From Mobula hypostoma (Eukaryota), in NCBI RefSeq assembly GCF_963921235.1, contig NC_086097.1, positions 139,254,001 through 139,318,000 on the forward strand: a stretch of DNA of 64,000 bases, read 5' to 3'. Shown here piece by piece: positions 1-12,879 of this stretch. The position numbers and the translations under genes are program-made. The notes under the pieces were generated by a model. It saw nothing but the letters and a program-made list of their open reading frames with translations. It was not told where the DNA came from and did not search any database. Position 1 is the stretch's first letter. Each line of letters begins with the position of its first letter.

Positions 1-2278
1 GCTCCTCTCCCTGTGGCCACCCATCACTCATTCTCTCTCAGCTGCTCACCAACTCCATCTCAGTTCTGCTGCAAACCCTCTCCCCACAGTAAGAGGTCAT
101 TTACAATGGCAAATTAACTTATCAACCTTGGTCTTTGAGTTATGGGGTGGGGGAACAAACACACAGAACTAACTCAGGGAGAAAGTGCAAACCCCACATG
201 GGCAGTGTCCTAGGTCAGGGTTGAACCTGGAGCCCTGGGGATGTGAGAGGGCAGCACTACCTCCTGCACCATTTTACTGCTCTACTCCCTTCGACCTGTC
301 ACTCCCCCAAATGAATGGACTTGTGAATCCCCTGCCCGGTATAACCAGCTGCAGGATCCAGGCCTGAGCTCCCAGTGAGTGCTGGGAATCTCGGCAGGCT
401 CCTGCTCTGCCATTGGGCTTTGAGGAAGATCTGGGGCGAGAGTGCAGCTGGGACACAGAAAGGGGTGAAAATGGGAGGTGGAGGCAGGAAGAGGAAGGAC
501 AAGGGATGCTCCTGAGAGACCTCAAAATGTGGGAGTGCTCTGGAGGTTATGCGTAACTAAATATGCAGACATATATTTGGGAAAGGTTATTAGCTTTCTT
601 AATTTACTTCAAGTTTGGCAGATTTATTAGGCAGCTATAAAAATACTTATTGGTTGAAGGTACAGAGGTTTTGTTTGTGAAATAACATCAAGAGTCAGAA
701 AAATTCCAGCAGAAATATAACTAGTGGTAAAAATGTCATCTGGGTAATTGGATTGAAGCAGCTGCTGTAGTTAATGGTATCTGAGCCTGCAGGCAGAGAT
801 GTGGTTCCATGTCAGTCACTGCTGATAAAGAAATACAAACCTACAAAGATCTAGTTCACTGCATCATTCCCCTTTCTCTCAGGATCCACAGAGAATGTTT
901 TATCAACTCCTGTTTAAAGTAGCTAATTTATCCCCAAAAATCCACTGAATTGGGACTGGTATCCAAAGTCAATCTTGTGTTCGATATCAGAACGTGTGAG
1001 GCTCAGGCAGGATCTGATCAACATTGATCTGTTCAAAGAACCAAAATTTTATAACTTCTCCCCCAATGTCATCCACTGAGGTTCTGAGCTGTGAGCAGCA
1101 ACATTCTAGGCTGCCTCCTTCCGGCAAACTAACATGAAATCAAGTTGTTTCTCAATAAGCACTACACTTCCAACCTTCACATTATTATTGAATCTAAAAA
1201 CAGAGCTGAAGATAGAATCACGGTGTACCATAAGTAGGCCAAGGGCTTTTGGAAGAGGAGTTTTGGTCTTCCTATGTGATAGTTGGGACAGCATCTCAAC
1301 TGCTGAAGTTTGCTTACTTTTCCCTCTGGAAACTTCAGTAGCTTTCTAAAGGCAGATCTAAATCCCAAAGTCACAGCGATCCTTGCAAGCGTTGAAGTAG
1401 GGAGCTTGGTGGAGGAGTCTGAAATTAGGAAGCAATAGGCTGAGAGTAGGAATCAAGAGTAGTGAGCATAGATATATGACCAAATAGCAGAACATCAGGA
1501 CTGAGAACAGGAGAGACAGTGGTATGAAGATAATGTCCAAATACTGACCAGTTTATATTGAAACTCAGAACTGGCTGGATGTTTGAAGGACAGGATCAGT
1601 GAATGTGAGCCACACCATATGAAAGGTGAGTACAGTTTGAGCTAGGTGGCCTGTTCCTGTGCATCTTCCTCCACAAGGCCCAATATGTCTCCCAATCCCA
1701 ATACTGAAAGCCAAATATGCCGCAGGTGTTCTTGCATCAATGGATAGCTGTGGCTAATCCATCTCCAAGCATCAGGCCAGAGGAAAGGCCATTTGCAATT
1801 ATTCTATGAGAGGAAATTATCTGCCACAGCAAGCAGACCATGTGTTTCTGTGTCTGTCTTTTGTGCTGCTGTCCACCTCTCTTGGAATGTTTCCGGAAGT
1901 TTCTCTGTTGATTTCAGGATCTTAGCATTTGTAACACTGTGATTTTTGTCAATCTCAGTCTCCTTCTGGATAAGTTAGTTCCTGAACTGAGGCCGAAGCC
2001 AATTAAATGCAATATAAACAGAACAAAATTCTGCAAATGCTGGTATTCTGAAATGATAACTCTCTAATGAAAGGTCAGTAACCTGAAATGTTGATGCTTC
2101 TTCTTTCTCCACTGCTGCTGCCTGACCTGTTAAGTATTCTCAGAGTTCAGTTTTCATATGATTGCTAAATCTAAAGAGCAAGATATGTTTTTGTTTTAAT
2201 TATATCATTTATAGTTTAGAATGAAAGAAGATTTGATATGTGTTGGTGATGTTAAATGCTGCATTTCTTCCTTCGAAG

Positions 2279-2389
2279 AGATGACTGGCATCTACCTGTC
2301 TGAAGGGAGTATAGAAGGAGGCACTCGGCTGACAGTGAAAGGGAGGTTCTTTGATGAAACGGATGCCCCAGCCAGAGTTACTGTGGCAG
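2279..2389 (+). CDS. PKHD1L1: exon 1 (window-relative), IPT/TIG
   Basis: aag|AG...GCAG|gtatgt; EMTGIYLSEGSIEGGTRLTVKGRFFDETDAPARVTVA; phase 1-1. Confidence 0.88.
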
Positions 2390-2496
2390 GTATGTACTGG
2401 GGAAGCCAGAACAGTGCCGAGACACTACCTACAGTGCCCTTGACAACGTCAGAACCACACAAAACCCTTTTCCAGCTTTTTGGGTGCCACAGTCAC

Positions 2497-2780
2497 GTAG
2501 CGGTTAGTGTGATGCCATTACAGCTTGGGGTGTTCCGGAGTTCGGAGTTCAATTCCGCTGTCATCCTGTAAGCCCTTACAGTGTGAGGAGTCTGTGTACA
2601 TCCTCCCTGTGGAATGTGTGGGTTTTCTCCAAGTTCTCTGCTTTCCTCCCGCAGTCCAAAGATGCTGGTCATTGTAAATTGTTTCATGATTAGGCTGGGG
2701 TTAATCAGGTTTGTCGGGGGTTGCTAGGCCAGCATGGCTCGAGGGGCTGGAAGGACCATATCGCTAAATAAAAATACATA
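2497..2780 (+). mobile_element. tRNA-derived SINE
   Basis: A-box-like gtagcggttagtg, B-box-like gagttcaattcc and an A-rich tail; similar copy at ~46050; boundaries approximate. Confidence 0.6.
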
Positions 2781-3488
2781 AAATACGGCAGCCAGTTTTG
2801 CAGAGCAAGCTCCCACAAGCAGCCATGTAACATTGGTTCAGGAATAGTTAGTGATTAAGGGGAACCCTGCTCCTTCTGTTCTCTGGGGTAATTCAGTGAG
2901 CAGATGATGCTTGACTAATAACTCGTCAGAAAAACAGAACCCTTGAAAGATGGTACACATCACCATCAAAATGATACTTCAATGTGGAACGGAGGTGTAG
3001 TGCTCCCCCAGTACCACACTGAAGCATCACTGAATTGTCTGAACAGGGAAGATTCCATAACCTTCTGGCTCAGAGAGACGAATGAGAGCAATGGCATATG
3101 TTCCATTTATTGACAAGTGACTGTGGTAGACAGATCAACGTACCTGGGAGTTTGCATCCAATGGAAGGAGTCATAGACTTCTGAAACCAACTGCATATTA
3201 AATTTGACCCTGTTGACTCAGTCCACAATCTATTCTATTGTGCAAGCTTCATTTCTTAAATCTAGCATTGTTTTAACACCTTTCACAATTTGAAAATTAT
3301 AATATATACAATTACAGAGAGGGCAATTTATAGCTAGTGATGTTAACCATTCATTTGAAAATATTCGTCCTGTGTGCTCAACCTATCATCCACTGTACTG
3401 TTCAGCAAAGTGCATTCAAGCTGAATTTAGATTTAAAATCTTTCTGATATTTTTGAGTTATTTTTGTTTTATTCTTTGTCTTAAACAG

Positions 3489-3578
3489 ACCAAACCTGTG
3501 AGATTCTCAGGCTCAACGCAAGTCAAATAATCTGCCAGGTGCCAAAAGAAAGCAATTTTTCCAGAACAGTTTTCCTAG
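3489..3578 (+). CDS. PKHD1L1: exon 2
   Basis: cag|AC...CTAG|gtagtt; DQTCEILRLNASQIICQVPKESNFSRTVFLG; phase 1-1. Confidence 0.88.
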
Positions 3579-4039
3579 GTAGTTTATTTTAATTAACATA
3601 TTTTCATCAAAAATGTAATATGGTAAGTATATCAAATTATTAATATATTCTTAGCTGATGTTAAATGACATAAATATTAAAGTATTGGTTAATGACTAGA
3701 TATGATTGTATTAAGCATAAACAGGACAATGTGTTAGATATTCACGGTACTATAACTGGCCACTTATTTCTAATCTAGTTCATGTGGTTGGTATCCTAAA
3801 CTAGATTAATTCTATAATATTAATTATATCAGCACACTTAATCTCAGTCACCATGGCACACAATCCTACACAAACCCCAACTACTTGGCTCGAGCTTATG
3901 TTGGACAAATTAACTAAAGAGAAGAGCCGGGTGGTTCAAGTGCATCTAACCTGCAAATACTCTTCCTCAGAAATAGTTAACATTTTCCAGCATACACAGG
4001 CATATCCTTCCTCCATCTTCTACCTCCCTCTGCTTTCTG

Positions 4040-4180
4040 TAGGCAAGTCAATTCTCAATCCACGCAGTGATGTATCCCTGGATTCCATGCCTCCTGACTT
4101 TCTGAATCAATTTAATGAGGGTAATCTTGTCAAACGTCTTACTAAAATCCCTATACACCACATCCATTGTTCTACCTTCA
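4040..4180 (-). mobile_element. CR1 LINE RT fragment
   Basis: DEGRTMDVVYRDFSKTFDKITLIKLIQKVRRHGIQGYITAWIEN resembles the CR1 RT at 25955..27310. Confidence 0.7.
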
Positions 4181-5749
4181 TCCATTCCCAAAATTATCCC
4201 TATTATCCTTCTTAAACAAATGCATAACATTTGCCAATCTCCAATCATCTGGTAATTCAAGTGGTATGACAAAAAAAGACATGTCTAGGAGCAATCTGTA
4301 TATTATCAAGAGATGGAGTGTTTTATGGCCAACTTAATATTTTCAATGTCATAGCAACTTCCCTTTCCTCCACCATTGATGGCAATGCCTTCAGCTCTGC
4401 TTCAAGACATTGCTTAATCCCTGATTGGCTGAGCCTTTGGTCACCCATCCTCATCTCCCTGCATGGGATACCATTTAGTCTCATATCTCTCCAGTGAGAT
4501 GCTTTGGGGAGTTTGACGCTATTAAATGCTCTGGATGTTTTTGTAATGGAAACATACATAACAACAAACCTATTCAGAGAACAATCCCAGAGGTGACCGT
4601 GCCATAAGTGATCTGATTAATGGTGTAACCAATTGCTTAATATAATCCTCTGAATCATTCAAGTCCATCTTATTGAATAGGTCGTTAGTTTAGCATCTCA
4701 GACAACCTGACCTTCCTTCAACTATAGGCCTATATTCATGTTTCTGGAGTAACCTGACCTTCTGAATCATGTGTTGCCTATGAGCTAAAGTGCCACTTGC
4801 ATAGTAGGCTTGTCAGACTGATTTGTAGACTATCCTTATGGTAAGTGGGCAGCATTCAGTTCAGTCCCTTGAATAACAAGGCTTCACAACATTTTCCATT
4901 AGATAAACTTTATTAATCAGAATCACATCCTACATTCAGATATAGCTTAAGTTGGACAACAGGGATTGATTTTACCATCATGAGTACAAATTAAAATTAT
5001 AAATTCTGATCTGTGAGTCCCTGAACAACCTCCTCACCTTGACTAATGCTGTCTCACATGCATGGTGGGGAAGGGAGTCTTCTATTAGACCAATTCAAAG
5101 TTTCTTCTATAAACCCTAAAGGAAAACAAGCTTTTCTGCAGTACCTTTCCTAGCCTTACGATGTCCCAAAGAAATATGGATTCAATCAGATATTTCTGAG
5201 TCTAGCTCCAAACAAACATTTATAGGTGCCTCTACCAATTAACAAAGATGACAAAAAAAAAATTCTAAACAATTCACTGGAAGGAGAAAATAAGACACAA
5301 AGCTATTTCATGTGGTTTGTTTAACAAGGAATTCCAAGGGAGCAAGCAGGAATCAATCAACAATCTAATTAATCACACCAGTCCCTTGTTGCTGTTACCA
5401 CAATGCACTCTCTTCCTGCAGTTAAGTGGTATCAAACTAAGTGTGTCAGCTGCTCTCCAGTCTAGTGTAGGGATTCATTCATTGGTTTCAATCTGAACTA
5501 GTCAATTAGTTGGGGAAGGTATGATGGAACAAACCCATGAGATTTTAGGACTGAGAACATGTAGGTGGGTCAGTTAGCTTCTTCTGTATCTGGAAACAAC
5601 AAGGGCAGCACCACACAAGCTAATCATGCTTCTGTTCTGAACAACATGTGTGCTCTTGGATTAAACAGAGTAAATGCAGCTTTATGAAAGCAAAATGGTG
5701 TTTGATAAAATGTTCTAGAGGTCTTTGAACATTGTAACAACTGAGAGGG

Positions 5750-6695
5750 GGCATAAAGATGATCCCATTGATGCGATCTTCTTGGATTTTAGAAAGTATT
5801 TGATAAATTGCCACATGAAAGTTAAGATAAGAGGGCAAAGTTGGCACAATACAAGAGAGTGGCTAACAAGGAGAAAATGGATTCAGGGGAAGTTGATTAT
5901 TTGTAACCTGTAGACCAGTCATTACTGGGATGCCAGAAGAATCCCTAGGAACACTCAGGATCCTCAGGAACACACAATGCATGAAAATAAATTGGATAAA
6001 GGGATTGAGCGTACTGTGGTGAACATTCCGGTGGTATAAAGGTAGTAAGTTGTGAGGAGATACAAAAGGATAGGGGTAAGCTAAGTGAGTGGTTATGAAA
6101 TTTGCAAATGAAATACAATGTGGCAAGATGTAAAGTTATCCACTCTGCAAAGAAGTTGTTAGGAAGGTTAACTGGGTGTTGGCTCTATTGCAAAGGGGGA
6201 TTGAAAATGGGGATATTTTGATGCAACCGTATGATATTGTCTCCATGCTTACATTGGATATGGTGCCAAGAAGGTTCAACTGGTTTATTTCTGGGGAGAA
6301 AGAATAGGCATGCCTTTGAGATGTTTATCGGAGATTAGAAGAATGGAAGTTATTTGTATTGGAACTTTTAGTATTCTGAGGTGAATCAGCAGGCTGGGTG
6401 TTGAGAGAATGGTTACATCTGGAAGGGCATGGTTTCAAAATAATGGTCACCCATTTAAGACTGAGAAGAAGGAATTTTTTTCTGAAGTGTGAATCTTTAA
6501 ATTTGAGTGTGGCGGTGGAATTAGTGAATATATTGATAATAGTGATTGACATACATTTCAACTAAATAGGAATTGAGGGATGGGGAGAGAGTGGGAAGGT
6601 GAGTGTTGAGGCCAATATTGGATCGCTCATGGCCTTATTGAACAGCAGATTAGACTGGAGGGGCTGAGTGGCCAACTGCCTCTGTTTATATATTC
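5750..6695 (+). mobile_element. old degenerate CR1 LINE 3' portion
   Basis: PIDAIFLDFRK motif and scattered CR1 RT and 3' UTR-like segments; boundaries approximate. Confidence 0.6.
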
Positions 6696-7139
6696 TTGAA
6701 TGAAAGGGATCATTGAAGACTGCCTTGATGGAGTTCTTTAGAATTAGGAGTACACATGCTGAAGTTTTTATTTCTGGGGAGTAAAAACATATGAGGCATA
6801 AGCATAAGGTAGTTACTTCTAAATCAACTGCAATTCTGCACCTTTAGTCAATGGGCAGGAGTGGACTTGCTGCCACAATGTGAGATGAATGAGGGAGGCA
6901 CATATGGGCAAAGTATTCATTGGAAAAAGGGAAGTAGGTGGAGATTTGCATAGATCCTTGAGTTAAATTATTTTCTCTCTGCTGCTATTACTATGTACTA
7001 GTTATCCTGCCTAGTTACTACAATCTCCTCCGATGGGAAGCTTTAAGGCAAGGTGGCTGTTTTTATTGTAAGCACACACAGCTTAATATGTTGGGTGACT
7101 ATCCTGGGCCCAGCATACAGTTGCAGTCATAAGCAAAGT

Positions 7140-7690
7140 GTGCCAGTGTCTTAGGAGGTTTGGTGTCATCACCAAACACTGTAACAGACTTCTGTAGATA
7201 TACTGTTGAAAGTATACTGGTTGCTTCATGGCCTGGTATAGCAATTGGATGTGTAGGGCTTTAAGCTGTAGAGAGTAGTAGACCCTGCCCAATACATTCA
7301 GGGTACATCCCTCCCCACCGTTGGTAGTAGCTACAAGAGGTGCTGCCTCAAAAAGCCAACGTCCATATCAAAGACCCCACTAAATGAACTACGCCATCTT
7401 TTTACATCTTCTATTGGGCAGAATGTACAGAGGCCTGAAGTCCCACACTGCCACGTTCAAGAACAGCTACATTCTTTCAAATATTCAGCTCTTGAACCAA
7501 CAGGCCAAGCTCTGATCACTACAGTTTGCATGACAAGGGACTTTTTTTAAAATTGTGTACTTCTTTGTAAAGCTTCTGTATAATTTGTTTCTCTTGTGAC
7601 TGCTGCTTATATGATGCAATGTGCCTGTGATGCTATGGCAAGTAAGTGTTTCATTGCACCTGTGTATACGGCCATAAACTTGACTTTGGT
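7140..7690 (+). mobile_element. degenerate Rex1/Babar-type LINE 3' fragment
   Basis: Resembles the 15615..16260 copy; ends in ataaacttgacttt. Confidence 0.55.
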
Positions 7691-8151
7691 TGCTTCAGTG
7701 ACACTTGGAACAAGTAAAACATTTGTCATCAGACACTGTGAATTCTGAAACTGACCCAGTTCACCGCTACAGGAGGCTTTTGAGCCATTGTAACATGACC
7801 CAGAGATATTTAATGACAGTCCATCTAGGCTTCAGTAATTAAAGAAAATTAAATGTATGTAATTTAAACACTTTAATGTGCCATATTTTAACATTAAAAT
7901 GAAGTATATAAATAAATTCAGACACTTTTCTGAGTATTTTCACCTGGAAATGTACGTTCCCTAAGTTACAATAAAGCTGAGGGGCCATGTGTGAAGTGCA
8001 TCCGGCCTCAGAATTGTACATTTGTACTCTGATGCTTGCGGTATGAACTCTACAGGGCCAATAACTGTTTACAGTACTGCTACTAGTAGGACATAAACTA
8101 AAATCAGTCTTTCTTTGCAAGTATTGACTTTGTCAATTATCTGTTGTTTAG

Positions 8152-8408
8152 GAGGAAGAGGTTTGAAGGTGGAAACTTGGAAGGGTGGTACCCTGAGTGA
8201 CTTGCCAAACTACAATGAAAGTAGTGTGGGATACTCAGCATCATGGGTTGATGAGGCCTTTTATAAATCCTCCACAGCATGGAGTCCATCTGTTACCCGT
8301 CTTAGTGGATTCTTTGTTGCTCCAGTGACTGATGATTACCGTTTCTACATCAGAGGGAGCGGTGTATACGAACTTTACCTTAGCTTAACCGGGCATCCTC
8401 AGGATAAG
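8152..8408 (+). CDS. PKHD1L1: exon 3, PA14 domain
   Basis: tag|GA...AAG|gtatat; GRGLKVETW...RLSGFFVAPVTDDYRFYIRG...HPQDK; phase 1-0. Confidence 0.92.
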
Positions 8409-8964
8409 GTATATAAAGAGATATTTTGTAATCATGCTTGAATGTTCACCGATTCTGTTGGCTTTCGTATGAATTTAACAACAGCCAATAGATCCTTGTG
8501 AATGTTGAGGTTTCATACATGTGAACGATAGTGACGAGAACTGCTATCAGTTTTAACAATGTGACTATAGCTGTGAGAATGGGTGAGTCTCCCTGACACC
8601 AGTGAGACAGAGTCATATTCAATAACAATGCAGGTCTTCAGTAAGTTGCTGCAGATGTGCGTGACTGGGAATGGGGTTACAGAATTTTGTCCCTCAGGTA
8701 TCCTGATAAATGTGTATATTTGTGGAAAATAAATTTTAAAATGAAGCACTTCCAATCCTGAGCAAGTAATTTAGAAGCATGTATCCAGTGGAGTTGAATC
8801 TGTATTTTGGGAAAATATCTTCACCGGGATGCTATTGAGAGACAGAGTGGACAAGGATGGTAACAGATTGATATAGAGTGCTAGATTGTGAGATTGCAGA
8901 TAGTTAGATTGTGGAATGACTGCATAAAATACAGGAGCAGTGAGGGCTCTGAAATCCGTAGCAG

Positions 8965-9290
8965 TGATGCATCTGAGCATTTGCCTCAAAGCAAGAGAGA
9001 CCTGGGTTCAATCCTGACCTCTGGCACTGTCTGTGTGCAACATGGATGTTCTCCACGTGACCATGGGGGCCTCTTCCAGGTGCTCGAGCTTCCTCCCACT
9101 TCCCAAGGACAAGCAGGTTAGTGGATTCATTGGTTGCTAGTGTGTATGTGAGGGGTACAGTCTAGGAAGAGTCGGTGGGAATGTGGGGAGAATAAAAGTG
9201 AGATTTTTTTTAGGATTAGTGCAAATGGATTATCCAATGTCAGCAGGGACTCGATGGGCTGAAGGGCCTGTTTTGTTCTGCATCTTCGTG
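8965..9290 (+). mobile_element. tRNA-derived SINE
   Basis: gcctca...cctgggttcaatcct B-box, body, and CR1-like 3' tail gatgggctgaagggcctg. Confidence 0.6.
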
Positions 9291-9604
9291 TGATGCTGAG
9301 CAGCTTGAGGTCTGCCTTGATTTAGTTAGAGAGTCACATTTTACATGTTCCTGAGTACTCTGCAGTAAAGCCATACATGATGTTTCTTTGAGCCCAGCAG
9401 TAAACTGACAGTGAGGGGGAGGGGGCACATCCCTGTTTCACTGGAAAAGAATGACTTCAAATAATGACGTCTGATAAGTTGCATGCACACAAACTGGTCA
9501 CTTTGACAACATTTGAGAACTAGTAGATGCTGCCTCTAATTAGAAATAAAGAAGGAACTTGTGTAGACTAATAACATATGTTCCACCTTTGCATCATTCC
9601 CTAG

Positions 9605-9696
9605 GTTAAAATTGCCTATGGCTCCAGGAAGACCTGGAGTTACACATGGTTCTCCAGCCAAGCCTCTGATATACTGCAACTAGAAGAAAGGAAAGA
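9605..9696 (+). CDS. PKHD1L1: exon 4, PA14 domain
   Basis: tag|GTT...AAAGA|gtgggt; VKIAYGSRKTWSYTWFSSQASDILQLEERKE; phase 0-2. Confidence 0.88.
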
Positions 9697-10856
9697 GTGG
9701 GTATCTAACTCTTCAAGTCTTCTAAAACTTCCATATTAACAATTGTGAAATTACAAACAAAATATATTCACACAATTAAAATAGTGAATACAATTTATAT
9801 CTGCCAATTTGCAAGTGGTGCATTGATCACATTTAGCTAATCATTTCCCCTCATAACTTATGCATACTTCATAAAATTTACATCAATGAATTGTTGGATT
9901 ACATATTTACGTGTATTTTCCATGTTTAACTGAAAATTTGTATATAGTCTATTTTAAGATTAAAATTAAGAAATAGGAAATTAAAATTTCTTTGGAAATA
10001 ATAACTCTGAAATCTTGTTGAGAATGCTAAGGAATCACAGCATACCAAGGAGAGGAATTGAGTATACTTCAACCTATAAAACCATCAGCTGATGCAAAGT
10101 TCAAAACAGCAGAATGTATTTGTCTCACTCTCACCACATCATGTATCCCCCCACCCCACTCCACTGTGCCATTCTGTGATTAAAAACTGGGCAAAGCCGT
10201 CATCAGATTTTGGTCCTTGGATATTAAAATTGTTGATAATTGTTTCTAGCTGCTTCACACGGTCGCTAGCTGGTTGTGCTCCTCAGTGGGTCAATGAGCT
10301 TGGGCCTGAGTAAGTAAGATCCCACAACACATGTTAGAAACAGTCCTTGAGATCTCACTCATGAAAGAATGATAGTCATACAGCAAAGAAACCAGCCCTT
10401 TGGCCCAACACTTTCATGCTGATCATATACTGAGAGGTGCAGGGACATTTCAATACAACATCACTTTCCCAAAATTGAGGCCAAAGGATGATATAGTTTA
10501 CAAGTCTACATCAAGCCTAACTTTTGAATAAACAGAATGTCGATCAGAACTTCTTTTTGCTGTGGGAGAACTGGCCACAGGAAGCAGCATTTAAAGTGAG
10601 AGCCCCCATCCCAGTGAACATAAACTGCTCTGCCTGCAAAGTCCTCAAGAGCTGAGCAGAAATGTGTGACTGGGAGTGAGAGAGGCTACTCAGTCCCTCA
10701 CAGCTGTTCTGACATTCTGATCTATGCTGACCTCAACTCTTCTGTGCCAGCTGTCCATCACCCTCAATTCCTGATCTTCCTTTCTCGGTTTGTCTACCCC
10801 CACCATAAATATTTCTAATGATCTGCCCACCGCCCTCTGAGACAGAGAATCTAGAG

Positions 10857-12069
10857 CAGGGGTCCCCAACCTTTTTTGCACTGCGGACCGGTTTATTATT
10901 GACAATATTCTTGCGGACCGGCCGACCGGTGGGGGGGGTTGCCAACAGACAAGAGTAGCTGTCAAATACGTTGGGTTTACCCAAAGTAAGACTACAATGA
11001 CCATGAAGCCTTGCGCGGGCACCAGTGCGCATGCGTGCCTTGTGCATGTGTGTACATGCCCATTTTTTTCTACAAATCGTCTTTTGCGATTCTGGTTGCA
11101 GGGGGGGTGTCGGTGTTAATCACGACCGGAAGACAGTACTGTATAGGTGATAAGTGGCTAATACACTCAATTTCGTTTCTAAAAGGGTTTATCTAACGAA
11201 TTTAATATTAAACACATAGCGCATATTTTCCATGCATGAATATAGTGATAAGTCAATTATCAGGGGAGGACAGGGGAGCTTGAAGTAAGTGTTGAATGAA
11301 CTTCCAGTAGAAGTGGTAGAGGCAGGTTCGATTTTGTCATTTAAAGAAAAATTGGATGGGTATATGGACAGGAAAGGAATGCAGGGTTATGGGCTGAGTG
11401 CAGGTCGGTGGGACTAGGTGAGAGTAGCGTTCGGCACGGACTAGAAGGGCAGAGATTGTCTGTTTCCATGCTGTAATTGTTATATGGTTATATAAGTCAT
11501 TTATAAGTCAATAGCATCGTAACATTTTAAGTAACGTTTGGATATTAAACACACAGCACATAATTTCCCCGTATGAACATATAAAATATTGCAACACACC
11601 AATATTGCTGAATCAGTGGGAGCCCTGGGCTTGTTTTCCTGCGACAACACAGTCCCATAGAGGGGTGATGGGAGACAGCGATACTCGAAGGGGGTTCCTT
11701 ATGTCTAGTCTATTCTGCAATTTAGTTTTCGTTGCACTCATTGCAGAGATATGTTGGAAATGGAAGCAACATTTTCAGTGCTTCCGTAGCTATTTCAGGA
11801 TATTCAGCCTTGACTTTGATCCAGAATGCCGGCAGAGATGTTATGTCAAACATGCTTTTCAGCCCGCCGTCATTTGCAAGCTCGAGGAGTTGATCTCCTT
11901 CCCGCGCTGACATGGATGACGCGTGGGTAATGAGCTCGCGTGCGTTCAAGCTCAACAGTGGCCGTGACAGGGAATGAGGAAAGGTGCATCTGACTCCTAT
12001 CGCCAAATCATATTGTTTCCTCGCGGCCCGGTAGCACATGCTTTGCGGCCCGGTGGTTGGGGACCGCTG
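10857..12069 (-). mobile_element. non-autonomous hAT (Charlie-type) DNA transposon
   Basis: TIRs caggggtccccaacc / ggttggggaccgctg; perfect 8-bp TSD atctagag (10849-10856, 12070-12077); minus-strand transposase C-terminus LLELANDGGLK...FWIKVKAEYPEIATEALKMLLPFPTYLC. Confidence 0.93.
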
Positions 12070-12648
12070 ATCTAGAGACCTGCCACCAGCCACTCTCAAA
12101 GAAGTAAGTTCTAGATTTCCCAGTTTGAAATGACCGATCCCTTCTGGTTGTATCCCCTGTTGAGACTCTCCCAACAAAGAAACTACAGCCACAACCACAA
12201 TTCTAGGTGCTGCATTGGCATGTCAGCCTGGATGATGAGCCCAAGGGTTGATGGAGGGGTCGTGGGGGGAGGTGGGAGCCCAAGGGTTGGAGGGAGTAGG
12301 AGATCGAAGAATCAGAATTCTCTCCCCTATGTCTATGCACAAAGGTGATAGTTTTCAGTCCTGTGGGGAAACCCAACCAACCTATAATAATAGTGGAATT
12401 GGGGGAAGTAGTGTGGCCTGTTAAAGATAGGTCCATTTTCATTGCTTCTCAGCAGTAGCTGAGGGGCTATCAAGTCAAAGTAAATTTATTGTCAAAGACC
12501 ATGTATTTTACCTTTTTCTACACTCAGATTTGTTTTCTTGCAGCAAAATAAAGAAATACAATAGAATTTATGACAAACTATACATGACCACAGACTGGCA
12601 AGCATCCAATGTGCAATAGATTGACAGGAGGAACTGTTTGCTTCACAG

Positions 12649-12808
12649 ATATTACATGGAAGTGCTCCTGCAGGAAACCACATCATCATCCTTTGTATCT
12701 GTTGCTGTGTACCACAACACTACCTCTTACACCGAGCAGCAGACAGCTGACTCCATCAATGAACAGCAGTACATCAGGTCACTCTCCCAGGTTGTCTATG
12801 AGAAGCAG
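12649..12808 (+). CDS. PKHD1L1: exon 5
   Basis: cag|ATAT...CAG|gtcagt; YYMEVLLQE...QVVYEKQ; phase 2-0. Confidence 0.9.
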
Positions 12809-12879
12809 GTCAGTTCTGAACCATGAGTATCCTGGGGCACAGCTCCCATTAGACCAGGCAATCAACCACTGATACTCGT

